Assembly: GCA_964532205.1 (NCBI GenBank)
Contig: CAZHGQ010000012.1
Location: forward strand, 1-16,398
DNA length: 16,398 bases
DNA from: an uncultured Candidatus Saccharibacteria bacterium
GTDB taxonomy: Bacteria; Patescibacteriota; Minisyncoccia; Phycocordibacterales; JAKAEA01
Direction of reading: 5' to 3'
The notes below the pieces were generated by a model. That model saw only the letters and a program-made list of their open reading frames with translations. It was not told the origin of the DNA and did not search any database. This document shows positions 7,330 through 15,465 of the stretch, in pieces. Made by a program: the position numbers and the translations under genes. The number at the start of each line of letters is the position of its first letter. The first letter of the stretch is position 1.

Positions 7330-8514
7330 ATGTTTGCTTCAATGTTTAAAACTAAACGCATCTTTTTAGATTATGCCTCAACCACACCTGTCGACAAGGC
7401 AGTACTTAAGACGATGCTGCCATTTCAAACTGTTAATTTTGGTAATGCTTCAGCGTTATATAAAGAAGGGGTGTATGCTAAGCAGGTCTTAGCGCAGGCG
7501 CGCACCGCCGTGGCCTCACAGCTCAATGTGAAGGCCTCGGAGATTGTTTTTACTGCGAGCGGCACCGAAGCCGACAACCTGGCGGTGCGCGGCATCTTCG
7601 ACTTTTACAAATCTCAATTCAAACCACACATAATCACGTCTGTCATTGAACATCCCGGCATTCTGGAAATTTGCAAATATATCGAACACAATGGCGGTGA
7701 AGTCACATATGTTCCGGTAAATGAAGCGGGTTTAATCAATCCTCAAGATATAAAGGCGGCACTTAAACCTGAAACAGTTTTGGTCACCATCATGTTGGCT
7801 AACAATGAAATTGGCACCATTCAGCCGATCAGAGACATTGCTCGACTGATTGCTGAATACAAGCAGGCCAACAATAAAGAAACATATCCGTATTTACACA
7901 CTGATGCCAGCCAGGGCGGCAATTATCTTGATTTAAGTTTCCAAAAACTTGGCTGCGACCTGCTAACCCTTGATGCATCAAAAATGTATGGACCAAAAGG
8001 TGTTGGTGCGTTAGGCATTAAGTCGTATGTTGAAATCAAGCCCATCATATACGGTGGTGGTCAGGAAAAAGGTTTGCGCTCAGCTACAGAAAACATTGCC
8101 GGTATTGTCGGTTTGGCCAAAGCGCTCAACATGGCTCAAAAAATTCGCGATAAAGAAGCACGTCGACTCAAGAAACTTCAGACATATTTCTTCAAGAAAG
8201 TAACAAAAGTGGTACCTAACGTCATTATAAATGGTGACAGAGAGAAGCGATTGCCTAATAACGTTAACTTTTGCATTCCAAAGCTCGATGCCGAATTTGC
8301 CGTTATAAAGCTCGATCAGAAGGGAATTGCCTGCTCATCTGCCAGTTCGTGCATCAATTTGTCAGAAAATTCGTATTCATATGTAGTGGATGCTTTGGGA
8401 CCTGAAGGTAAAGCTTGTCGTGAATCCTCATTACGCTTTACATTCGGCCGTGACACCACTAAAAAACACCTAAAAGTTGTCCTCAAACTTTTACCAACAT
8501 TAATTCAGAAATAA
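7330..8514 (+). CDS. Cysteine desulfurase (class V aminotransferase, NifS/IscS group I)
   Basis: 394 aa. PLP-lysine region DASKMYGPKGVGALG. Active-site Cys loop ACSSASSC. Overall length and pattern fit IscS/NifS. Confidence 0.9.
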   Translation: MFASMFKTKRIFLDYASTTPVDKAVLKTMLPFQTVNFGNASALYKEGVYAKQVLAQARTAVASQLNVKASEIVFTASGTEADNLAVRGIFDFYKSQFKPHIITSVIEHPGILEICKYIEHNGGEVTYVPVNEAGLINPQDIKAALKPETVLVTIMLANNEIGTIQPIRDIARLIAEYKQANNKETYPYLHTDASQGGNYLDLSFQKLGCDLLTLDASKMYGPKGVGALGIKSYVEIKPIIYGGGQEKGLRSATENIAGIVGLAKALNMAQKIRDKEARRLKKLQTYFFKKVTKVVPNVIINGDREKRLPNNVNFCIPKLDAEFAVIKLDQKGIACSSASSCINLSENSYSYVVDALGPEGKACRESSLRFTFGRDTTKKHLKVVLKLLPTLIQK

Positions 8515-8528
8515 GTCAATAGCTTTAT

Positions 8529-8556
8529 TTGACTTTAGGCCTAAAAACCTTATAAT
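8529..8556 (+). promoter_or_regulatory. sigma70-like promoter for clpB (TTGACT-16-TATAAT), -10 embedded in 16-bp palindrome
   Basis: ttgact at 8529-8534, tataat at 8551-8556. The perfect palindrome ccttataattataagg (8548-8563) overlaps the -10. Confidence 0.45.
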
Positions 8557-8587
8557 TATAAGGCAATAATTTACTCTTATTGTATAT

Positions 8588-11257
8588 ATGCCACCACTAA
8601 ATCAATTCACCACCAAAGCCAAAGAAGCTGTGCGCCGAGCCCATGAATTGGCCATAGAACGTGGCCAAAACCACGTCAATCCAATGCATTTGCTTGCTGC
8701 TTTAATCCTGCAGGAAGAAAGCATGGTTGCTGCTATTTTGGACAAACTTGAAGTCGACACCATTTTACTGACAGATTCTTTGCTTGAAGCTATTGAATCC
8801 CCAGAAGGTGGTGCGACCCTGAACCCCTCATATCAAATTTACCTGACACCAGATTTGGCTCAGGCTATTGAAGGTGCTGTGCGTGTAGCCAAAGGTCTCA
8901 ACGACGAATTTATTTCTACTGAACATCTTTTTATCGCTGTACTTGAGATCGCTGGTAATGCCCGTGATTTACTCACCAAGTTCCGTATCAACAAAGATGA
9001 CGTCTTGCGTGTGTTGGAAGAACTCAAAAACAGCAAGGTTACTGAAGTCCAGGGTCCAAAAAAGTTTAAGGCTATCAATAAATACACTCGTAGTCTGACA
9101 AAGCTGGCTACAGAAAATAAACTCGACCCTGTCATTGGCCGTGACACAGAAATTTCTCGTATCATTCAAATTTTGTCACGCCGAACAAAAAATAATCCGA
9201 TCCTGATCGGTGAAGCTGGTGTCGGTAAGACCGCTATCGCTGAAGGTTTGGCATTACGTATGGCTCAAGGTGATGTGCCAGAGTCTCTCAAAGACAAAGA
9301 GCTCGTGTCACTTGACCTTGGTGCGCTTGTTGCAGGTACAAAATACCGCGGCGAATTCGAAGAGCGTCTCAAAAACATTTTGAAAGAAATCGAACGCTCA
9401 AATGGCAAAATTATTTTGTTCATCGACGAAATTCACACCATTGTCGGTGCTGGTGCCGCCGAAGGTTCACTCGATGCTTCGAATATGCTCAAGCCGGCTT
9501 TGGCCCGTGGTGAACTCCGAGCCATTGGTGCGACAACGCTCAAGGAATATCAGAAACATATTGAAAAAGACCCAGCGCTTACCCGTCGCTTTCAGCCTGT
9601 GTATGTCAATGAACCGTCTGTTGAAGATACAATCGCCATCTTGCGCGGTCTTAAAGAAAAATATGAAAACTACCATGGCGTGCGTATTACCGATGACGCT
9701 ATTGTGGCTGCTGTAAATCTTTCAAGTCGCTATATTACTGATCGTTTCTTGCCGGATAAGGCAGTCGATCTCATCGATGAATCTGCCTCATATCTCAAGA
9801 TCGCTTTGGAAAACATGCCGCCGGTGTTGCAGGAAACTCATGCCAAGGTCATGCGTTTAGAAATTGAACGCGAAGCGCTCAAGAAAGAAAGTTCACAGAA
9901 AGCCAAGGATCGCTCAAAAGAAATTGATCGTGAAATTGCTGACCTCAAAGAACAGACATCCGAACTCGAACTCAAGTGGAAGAATGAAAAAGAAATTTTG
10001 ACCTCTATCAAAGATATTAAGAAAAATCTTGAGACACTACGTCTTGATGCCGAAGCCGCTGAAGCGCGCGCTGATTTAGGCAAGGCAGCAGAAATTCGCT
10101 ATGGCAAAATTCCACAATTGGAAAAGGAAATGGATGTTGCTGTTAAACGCCTCAAGAAACAAAGTTCACGTCGCATTCTCAAAGAAGAAATCACCGAACA
10201 GGATGTTGCTGACGTGGTCTCACGTTGGACAAGTATTCCAGTGGCCCGCATGATGGAAAAAGAAGCTGAGAAGCTTGGTCGTATGGAAGAGGTGCTCAAA
10301 AAGCGTATTGTGGGCCAGGATGATGCTGTGCAGAAGATTGCCGATACCGTGAAGCGTTCACGCGCCGGCATTGCCGATCCAAACCGACCAATCGGCTCAT
10401 TCATTTTCCTCGGTCCAACCGGTGTCGGTAAAACTGAGCTCACCAAAGCTTTGGCTGAATTTATGTTCGACGACGAAAAAGCTTTGATCCGAGTCGACAT
10501 GTCTGAATTTATGGAAAAGCACTCTGTTTCGAAGCTTATCGGTGCGCCAGCTGGTTATGTTGGCTACGAAGAAGGTGGCAACTTTACTGAAACAATTCGT
10601 CACCGACCATATTCTGTTGTCTTGCTGGATGAAATTGAAAAAGCTCATCCTGAAGTCTTCAATATTTTGCTTCAGGTCCTTGATAATGGTCACCTAACGG
10701 ACGCTAAGGGTCGCAAGGTTAACTTCAAAAATACAATCATTATCATGACATCAAACCTTGGTGCTCAATACATCGACAAGATGCAGCACTTTGGTTTTAG
10801 TAATCCCGACAATGCTCAGAAGAGCGAGTATGAGGGCGTGAAGGAAAAAGTGATGGATAGTCTCAAAGATTTCTTCCGACCAGAATTTCTCAACCGTATC
10901 GACGACATTGTTATCTTTGATATCCTGCCTCAGGAAGCGATTGCTAAAATTGTCGACATTCAGCTCGAACAGGTCAAGGAACGATTAGCTTCTAAGGAAA
11001 TCACACTCGAAATCACACCTGATGTTTCAACCTACTTAGCCAAGGAAGGTTACAATCCACAGTATGGTGCTCGACCGTTACGCCGTATGATTCAGAATAA
11101 GATTTTGACACCAGTGGCTTCCCTTATTATCTCAAAGGGTATTATGAAGGGCGGGGTAGTCAAAGTTGGTATCAAAGACAATCAGTTCACCTTCGATGTT
11201 AAGAAGGGTCGCCGCGGCAACATTATTCAGGAAGAATTACTCTCAGGCGTGAAATAA
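8588..11257 (+). CDS. clpB: Chaperone ClpB (AAA+ disaggregase)
   Basis: 889 aa with an N-terminal Clp_N domain and two Walker A sites ([15 protein letters not shown]; [15 protein letters not shown]). A long coiled-coil M-domain (~residues 400-530) separates the two NBDs, which distinguishes ClpB from ClpA/ClpX. Confidence 0.95.
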   Translation: MPPLNQFTTKAKEAVRRAHELAIERGQNHVNPMHLLAALILQEESMVAAILDKLEVDTILLTDSLLEAIESPEGGATLNPSYQIYLTPDLAQAIEGAVRVAKGLNDEFISTEHLFIAVLEIAGNARDLLTKFRINKDDVLRVLEELKNSKVTEVQGPKKFKAINKYTRSLTKLATENKLDPVIGRDTEISRIIQILSRRTKNNPILIGEAGVGKTAIAEGLALRMAQGDVPESLKDKELVSLDLGALVAGTKYRGEFEERLKNILKEIERSNGKIILFIDEIHTIVGAGAAEGSLDASNMLKPALARGELRAIGATTLKEYQKHIEKDPALTRRFQPVYVNEPSVEDTIAILRGLKEKYENYHGVRITDDAIVAAVNLSSRYITDRFLPDKAVDLIDESASYLKIALENMPPVLQETHAKVMRLEIEREALKKESSQKAKDRSKEIDREIADLKEQTSELELKWKNEKEILTSIKDIKKNLETLRLDAEAAEARADLGKAAEIRYGKIPQLEKEMDVAVKRLKKQSSRRILKEEITEQDVADVVSRWTSIPVARMMEKEAEKLGRMEEVLKKRIVGQDDAVQKIADTVKRSRAGIADPNRPIGSFIFLGPTGVGKTELTKALAEFMFDDEKALIRVDMSEFMEKHSVSKLIGAPAGYVGYEEGGNFTETIRHRPYSVVLLDEIEKAHPEVFNILLQVLDNGHLTDAKGRKVNFKNTIIIMTSNLGAQYIDKMQHFGFSNPDNAQKSEYEGVKEKVMDSLKDFFRPEFLNRIDDIVIFDILPQEAIAKIVDIQLEQVKERLASKEITLEITPDVSTYLAKEGYNPQYGARPLRRMIQNKILTPVASLIISKGIMKGGVVKVGIKDNQFTFDVKKGRRGNIIQEELLSGVK

Positions 11258-11264
11258 CAAAAAA

Positions 11265-11290
11265 ACACCGGCGTCTGTCGGTGTTTTTTA
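11265..11290. terminator. Bidirectional intrinsic terminator shared by clpB and convergent small ORF
   Basis: acaccg / cggtgt stem (11265-11270 / 11279-11284) with an 8-nt loop. TTTTTT on the plus side and an A-run (T-run for the minus strand) on the other. Confidence 0.65.
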
Positions 11291-11395
11291 GTGTTCGAAT
11301 TTTTCCTCATCACCAAAAATTTTTTCATAGACGCTGATAATGAGAAATATAATGAGTCCAATAGCTACAATAAGCCATTGAATGATTTTTTTCAT
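11288..11395 (-). CDS. Small hydrophobic peptide (35 aa: one TM helix plus acidic C-terminal tail)
   Basis: Minus-strand ATG at 11393-11395 is preceded by AAAGGAG at 5-nt spacing. MKKIIQWLIVAIGLIIFLIISVYEKIFGDEEKFEH. Stop TAA at 11288-11290. Has its own promoter-like element and ends at a terminator. Below the ORF-track size cutoff. Confidence 0.45.
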   Translation of the reverse strand: MKKIIQWLIVAIGLIIFLIISVYEKIFGDEEKFEH

Positions 11396-11405
11396 ACAAC
11401 TCCTT

Positions 11406-11433
11406 TCTTGGGGGATTGTAGCGCACCGGGATC
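11406..11433 (-). promoter_or_regulatory. sigma70-like promoter (TTGACT-16-TACAAT) for the 35-aa ORF
   Basis: Minus strand: TTGACT (plus 11428-11433), 16-nt spacer, TACAAT (plus 11406-11411). About 7 nt before the RBS, so a very short leader. Confidence 0.35.
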
Positions 11434-11474
11434 TAGAGTCAAATAGTTGATTCATAGCCAAAATATGTTACTCT

Positions 11475-11561
11475 AGATGACACGCGTAGATGGCGGAGTG
11501 GTCAATCGCAACAGACTGTAAATCTGTCGGCCTATGGCCTACGGGGGTTCGAATCCCTCTC
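11475..11561 (+). tRNA. tRNA-Tyr (anticodon GUA), class II, CCA encoded
   Basis: GCGTAGA...ACAGA-CTGTAAA-TCTGT, long variable arm CGGCCTATGGCCTAC, GGGGG-TTCGAAT-CCCTC, TCTACGC-A-CCA. 87 nt. Confidence 0.9.
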
Positions 11562-11608
11562 TACGCACCAAGAGAATAGCTTTACTTTTCTTATCGGTAT
11601 GGTAAAAA

Positions 11609-11631
11609 ACAGGTCAGACCGACCTGTTTTT
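11609..11631 (+). terminator. Intrinsic terminator after tRNA-Tyr
   Basis: acaggtc / gacctgt 7-bp stem with loop agacc, followed by tttttattt. A-run upstream. Confidence 0.55.
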
Positions 11632-11646
11632 ATTTGAAAGGAGGCA

Positions 11647-12009
11647 GTGGTGGAGCATGTAACGTTTAGCGAACTTGCGTTGAGTGCGTGCTTGGCGAGT
11701 AAGATACTGTATCTAAATCGTGGCCAAGCATTCATGTTTGCCAAAATCTTTTCCGTGACCAATCACAACGAAGTCGTGGTGGTCGAGTGTGGGCGAGTGG
11801 TGCGCGTTGGTCAGACTGTCAACGAGGCAATCAGCACCAACAATCATTCAATATTTCGGGTGCCGAATGATTGTAAGGTGTGTCGCCAACACAGTGGAAA
11901 AATCTTCTACTTCTCATTTGAACCTTGGCGGAATCAAGGTGAGTATCGGGCGGCGGTTGCGGCTTTGATAGACAAGGAAATTGTTCGTTCGATCTTTTTG
12001 GCTCGGTAA
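11647..12009 (+). CDS. Hypothetical protein (120 aa), GTG start
   Basis: AAAGGAGG sits immediately upstream of GTG at 11647, so spacing is short. A very strong terminator follows. Contains CxxC (CKVCRQH) plus two other Cys. No family recognised. Confidence 0.5.
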   Translation: MVEHVTFSELALSACLASKILYLNRGQAFMFAKIFSVTNHNEVVVVECGRVVRVGQTVNEAISTNNHSIFRVPNDCKVCRQHSGKIFYFSFEPWRNQGEYRAAVAALIDKEIVRSIFLAR

Positions 12010-12015
12010 AAAATA

Positions 12016-12054
12016 CCGCACCACTTTGCTTCGCAAAGTGGTGCGGGTTTTTTT
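12016..12054. terminator. Bidirectional intrinsic terminator (convergent ORF11647 / murF-like)
   Basis: 14-bp perfect stem ccgcaccactttgc / gcaaagtggtgcgg with loop ttc, then gttttttt. A-run on the other side. The stop of the minus-strand gene (12053-12055) lies within the T-run. Confidence 0.75.
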
Positions 12055-13312
12055 ACTTCACGTCCTTCTTCTTCAACCAAGCCTTACTCTGTCGTACCAA
12101 CTTTCTTGCATCATGTGGGTCTTCCAAAAATTGTTTTACTGCTTCTTCAGCATACACGCCATTCTGTGAACCTTTGGCCAAAATCACCGCTCCTTCTTTA
12201 ATAACATTGGCGATGTGTAGACCAGCTTCGCGCGCATCAGAATATTCGACAACAGTACAGCCACGAGCGCGAGCTTCTGGGGCAATAAATAAGTTTGCGT
12301 GTTTACCAAGTGTCACCACTAGATCCAATTTACTTGGGTCACAGAGTTTGCCAATGGCTCGGTGCTCAGCTTCAGAAATTTCACCCAATTCATTCATCAT
12401 GCCCAACAGAGCAATGTGTTGAGGGGCAGGAATATCATATAAAGAAAGCAATGCTTCTTCGACGGCTGCTGGTGAAGCATTGTATGTATCATCGATAATT
12501 GTAGAGTTGTTTAAACCACGCAATCGTTGCATGCGGCCAGACACAGGTGAGATGGCACCGGTGCTTAAACGAATGTCCTTTTCTGAAAAACCAAAAGCTG
12601 CAGCAATGACAGCTGCGGCAGTAATTGAATATAGTTGGAACTTTGAGAAAGCTGGGTACGTGGTGCGTACAAACGCTGAGCCATTATGCTTAATTTCAAA
12701 GGTAAAACCTTTGGGGCTTTGTGAAATGATGCTGAGGGTATAATTTGTTGCCGATTCAAAACCATACCAGATAATACTATTGTGCGAGTATTGGTGTTCT
12801 GCCGGCATCAAGTCTTTATTGGCCAAAACCACTTTACTAAAACCAGCGATGGCCCACTCTTCTGTTGCAACAGCATCGAGGTCAGCAAAAAATTCCATAT
12901 GTTCTGGCGCGACAGCGGTAATTACCCCGACGTCAACCTTGAGGTAAGAGGCGAATTCAGAAATTTGACCAGGACCATCTGTGCCGAGCTCGACAATCAC
13001 TGCTTCATAAGGGTATCGACGACGAATCTGGATTTCATTTGAGACAATAATATAGAGCCAAGCTGCAAAGTTCCAGAGAGCTGGCATGGTGTGACCGAAA
13101 AAAACGAGTGGCACACTCACTGAGTCATTATAGTTGCCATTTTGATAACGTACTTTCAAACGAGTTTCAAGCATTTCGGCAATAGCCAGCTTGGTTGAGG
13201 TTTTGCCGATACTGCCGACGACTGCCACAATTCTAAACGCATGGTTGGCGCGCAAACGCTTAACCTGATTGCTCAGTATAGAAACCAGCCACTGCTTAAT
13301 TGTCTTCTTCAT
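12053..13312 (-). CDS. murF: Mur ligase family protein, MurF-like (UDP-MurNAc-tripeptide--D-Ala-D-Ala ligase) lacking the N-terminal domain
   Basis: 419 aa. P-loop VVGSIGKTSTK at residues ~31-41. NGNYNDSVSVPL resembles the MurF GNLNNxIGVPL motif. ELGTDGPGQI...VAPEHMEFF matches the Mur ligase central-domain pattern. The ~80-100-aa MurF N-terminal domain is absent. Confidence 0.6.
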   Translation of the reverse strand: MKKTIKQWLVSILSNQVKRLRANHAFRIVAVVGSIGKTSTKLAIAEMLETRLKVRYQNGNYNDSVSVPLVFFGHTMPALWNFAAWLYIIVSNEIQIRRRYPYEAVIVELGTDGPGQISEFASYLKVDVGVITAVAPEHMEFFADLDAVATEEWAIAGFSKVVLANKDLMPAEHQYSHNSIIWYGFESATNYTLSIISQSPKGFTFEIKHNGSAFVRTTYPAFSKFQLYSITAAAVIAAAFGFSEKDIRLSTGAISPVSGRMQRLRGLNNSTIIDDTYNASPAAVEEALLSLYDIPAPQHIALLGMMNELGEISEAEHRAIGKLCDPSKLDLVVTLGKHANLFIAPEARARGCTVVEYSDAREAGLHIANVIKEGAVILAKGSQNGVYAEEAVKQFLEDPHDARKLVRQSKAWLKKKDVK

Positions 13313-14241
13313 TAGATTTTTGTTAACCAGTTTGAATGAGGTCCAGTTGGATCGATGAATGTTTTAATGTAGGCAGTTTTAATTTTATCAGAAACCGGTC
13401 CGATTTTTTTACCGAGAGGGCGCTTGTCGATAGAGAGTAGGGGAATTACGGTGGCAGATGAGCCAGTAAAAAAGGCTTCGTCTGCTATGTAGAGTTCTGT
13501 GCGATCGATAGTGCGTTCCGATACTTCAATTCCTAGATCTTGAGCAATAGTCAGAATGCTGTTGCGGGTAATACCTTCAAGAATGTCGCTGCCTGTATGT
13601 GGGGTGACCAATGAACCATTTTTTACCAAAAAAAGATTTGAAACAGTCCCTTCACAAACATGACCTTCATTATCGAGGGAAATGGCATCGTCGAAACCAT
13701 TTTGCAAGGCCTCATTTTTCATAAGTGAGACATTGGCATAACCGCCATTAACTTTGGCGCGTGATGGAATGGCATTGTCGAGATTGCGGCGCCAACTTGA
13801 AACGCAAACATGAGCGCCTTTTGGTGGTAAAATTTCACCGATCGGGTACACATAAGCAGATAGACTATGTGTTAGTCCGTGAATGCGAGTGCCGGCAATT
13901 AATTCATCCACAAAAACACTGATGCGCACCAAGACTGTTTCCTTAATTTTATTCTTTTTAACCAAGTCTCGGATCATGGTCTCAAAGCGCTCATATGACC
14001 ACTGAGTAATGAAGTTGTGAAAATCCATTACTTTGGCTGAAGCCACCAATCGGTCATAGTGGTCTTTGAGGCGAAAGCCGTACAAAGTGCCATCTTCGGG
14101 GTTATATGTCACTCGACAGACCGTATAGACGCTTAAACCGTATAATATAGGCGAACTAGCCACGCTTAAAGTGGCCTTACTAAAGGGTATAAAAGAATCC
14201 CGCATGTAGGCGAGACCCTGGCGGTAATCGAACGTATTCAT
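13312..14241 (-). CDS. ilvE: Class IV (fold type IV) PLP aminotransferase: branched-chain amino acid aminotransferase, possibly acting as D-amino-acid aminotransferase
   Basis: 309 aa. Motifs KVNGGYANVS (PLP-Lys region), EGTVSNLFLVKNGSLVTP, LEGITR and LYIADEAFFTGSSA align with IlvE/Dat. Stop overlaps the murF-like start (TAATG). Confidence 0.8.
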   Translation of the reverse strand: MNTFDYRQGLAYMRDSFIPFSKATLSVASSPILYGLSVYTVCRVTYNPEDGTLYGFRLKDHYDRLVASAKVMDFHNFITQWSYERFETMIRDLVKKNKIKETVLVRISVFVDELIAGTRIHGLTHSLSAYVYPIGEILPPKGAHVCVSSWRRNLDNAIPSRAKVNGGYANVSLMKNEALQNGFDDAISLDNEGHVCEGTVSNLFLVKNGSLVTPHTGSDILEGITRNSILTIAQDLGIEVSERTIDRTELYIADEAFFTGSSATVIPLLSIDKRPLGKKIGPVSDKIKTAYIKTFIDPTGPHSNWLTKI

Positions 14242-14335
14242 GATGTAGATATTAGCTCTTTTTTAATAATAGGCAAATACTCTTGCTTTTTACGGCTTTT
14301 TGTATTATTCTGTTATAACTTCAAATTTAAAACAT

Positions 14336-14494
14336 ATGTCACAGGATCGACTCATCAAATTGGCCTGCACTAAGTGCAAACATATCAATTACTGGTCAAG
14401 CAAAAACAAGCGCAAGGTAGAACGAAAGATCGAACTTTCGAAGTTTTGCAAATGGTGCCGCAAGAGCACACCTCATAAGGAGATTAAGAAATAA
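14336..14494 (+). CDS. rpmG: 50S ribosomal protein L33 (zinc-ribbon C4 form)
   Basis: MSQDRLIKLACTKCKHINYWSSKNKRKVERKIELSKFCKWCRKSTPHKEIKK. CxxC...CxxC with the KNKR/KxELxK L33 signature. The track ORF 14300..14494 starts 12 codons too early; the internal ATG at 14336 gives the canonical 52-aa protein. Confidence 0.85.
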   Translation: MSQDRLIKLACTKCKHINYWSSKNKRKVERKIELSKFCKWCRKSTPHKEIKK

Positions 14495-14497
14495 AAC

Positions 14498-14518
14498 ACC
14501 GCCTCTGGCGGTTTTTTA
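14498..14518 (+). terminator. Intrinsic terminator after rpmG
   Basis: accgcc / ggcggt stem with loop tct, then ttttttatt. Confidence 0.6.
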
Positions 14519-14524
14519 TTACTT

Positions 14525-14533
14525 TGCTATAGT
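14525..14533 (+). promoter_or_regulatory. Extended -10 promoter element (TGcTATAGT) for small basic protein gene
   Basis: tgctatagt at 14525-14533, ~27 nt upstream of the AGGAG-ATG at 14561. Confidence 0.35.
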
Positions 14534-14560
14534 CAGATCAGATTTTTCAAAGGAGATCGT

Positions 14561-14734
14561 ATGGGTAAAAAAATGATGGCGGTCAAACCGGTTTCACGGT
14601 TGAGATATGTCACATTAACCGGTAAGGAAATTCCGACGCTTTCAGATGCGGCGCGCAAAAAGATCAAGCGATCAATGGAAGCGCGCCGAGCGATGGACAC
14701 CCATCGACCGTTTCCGACACCGCGCAAGCGATGA
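14561..14734 (+). CDS. Small basic protein (57 aa, pI high), hypothetical; not in ORF track (below cutoff)
   Basis: AAAGGAGA RBS at 6-nt spacing to ATG 14561. MGKKMMAVKPVSRLRYVTLTGKEIPTLSDAARKKIKRSMEARRAMDTHRPFPTPRKR. TGA at 14732-14734. A strong terminator follows immediately. Confidence 0.5.
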   Translation: MGKKMMAVKPVSRLRYVTLTGKEIPTLSDAARKKIKRSMEARRAMDTHRPFPTPRKR

Positions 14735-14746
14735 TGTTTTTAAAAG

Positions 14747-14773
14747 CCGGGGGCGAACGCCCCCGGCTTTTTC
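14747..14773. terminator. Bidirectional intrinsic terminator
   Basis: gccgggggc / gcccccggc 9-bp GC stem with loop gaac. ttttt follows on the plus side and ttttaaaa on the minus side. Confidence 0.7.
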
Positions 14774-14894
14774 TGTTCAGATATAAAAAAGTTGGCAACA
14801 TCTTTCGATATCACCAACCAGAAGAAAAGACCAGCTTAGGGGAGACGGCTCCACCGGACTCAACAGCACACTGCGATGGTCCAACAACAAAATA

Positions 14895-14936
14895 ATAACA
14901 CAAATAATAAAAAAGGCAAGGATTGGGTACCTTGCC
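14895..14936 (-). repeat. Repeat module copy A: minus-strand intrinsic terminator (hairpin ggcaagg/ccttgcc + T6) plus conserved flank
   Basis: Plus strand ataacacaaataataaaaaaggcaagg-attgggta-ccttgcc. Read on the minus strand it is hairpin + TTTTTTATTATTTGTGTTAT. Near-identical to copy B at 15227-15269. Confidence 0.6.
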
Positions 14937-15232
14937 GTGTGGGGGACACAAGAAGAACGGACAACGAAGGACAAAAGATCACAACGCTCTGCGCTATAAG
15001 CGTTAGTTACACCTTTCGATTGTGATTACCAACATTTCTGCTGGAAGTGATACGAACTCTTATTCAGAATTCGTATCCTGCAGTACAACACACAGCGATA
15101 CACATTACAGTGCACCAGCCTGTGAAGTGTCAGTAAAATTTTTCAACTTTACTGACCAAAACTCTGGTTCAGCCCACACAAGACAGCATTGGCTAACATA
15201 ACCAAACTTGAGTGTCTGAACAATTTATAACA
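14903..15232 (-). ncRNA. Candidate sRNA transcribed on minus strand between repeat modules (start near extended -10 TGTTATAAA at ~15225, end at terminator copy A)
   Basis: No ORF >20 aa with an RBS on either strand. Bounded by promoter-like and terminator elements. Strongly strand-asymmetric composition (plus strand A+C-rich, G-poor). Internal hairpin 15050-15078 (gatacgaa/ttcgtatc). Confidence 0.25.
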
Positions 15233-15269
15233 CAAATAAATAAAAAAGGCAAGGTTTTGCAACCTTGCC
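15227..15269 (-). repeat. Repeat module copy B: minus-strand intrinsic terminator (9-bp stem ggcaaggtt/aaccttgcc + T6) plus conserved flank
   Basis: Plus strand ataacacaaataaataaaaaaggcaaggttttgcaaccttgcc. On the minus strand it is hairpin + TTTTTTATTTATTTGTGTTATAAAT, which includes an extended -10-like TGtTATAAA immediately downstream. Confidence 0.6.
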
Positions 15270-15404
15270 CTGAACTAAACCTGAGTCGGCTCTACGGAAG
15301 ACCGCGGGACCGGACATCAAGAAATGTCAGTGATATATTTCTAGACCACTGACCGTTAGTGAACTTAGGTTTTGTAAACATAAGTTGACCTAACTACAGA
15401 AGAA

Positions 15405-15465
15405 ACGGCCGAGCAGGAACTGCTCGGCCGTTGAAGAGGTAGACACTTTTTTCAAAGTGTCTACC
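15405..15465. other. Two tandem perfect 12-bp stem hairpins at the low-GC/high-GC boundary
   Basis: acggccgagcag-gaa-ctgctcggccgt (15405-15431) and ggtagacacttt-tttc-aaagtgtctacc (15438-15465). No adjacent T-tract on either strand. Lies ~60 nt downstream (minus sense) of the 249-aa ORF stop. Confidence 0.5.

Noticed and set aside
11532-11762. 76-aa minus-strand ORF
   Set aside because: It overlaps tRNA-Tyr and its terminator on the opposite strand and has no RBS. Spurious.
14300-14335. N-terminal 12-codon extension (MYYSVITSNLKH) of the L33 ORF
   Set aside because: L33 homologs begin at the internal Met (MSQDRLIKLAC...). The extension is not part of the conserved zinc-ribbon protein, and the longer ORF simply runs to the first upstream ATG.
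14777-14974. 65-aa minus-strand ORF (TTG start) in the non-coding tract
   Set aside because: No RBS. The frame runs straight through a terminator hairpin and T-tract. The peptide is low-complexity. The region is better explained as non-coding RNA or regulatory DNA.
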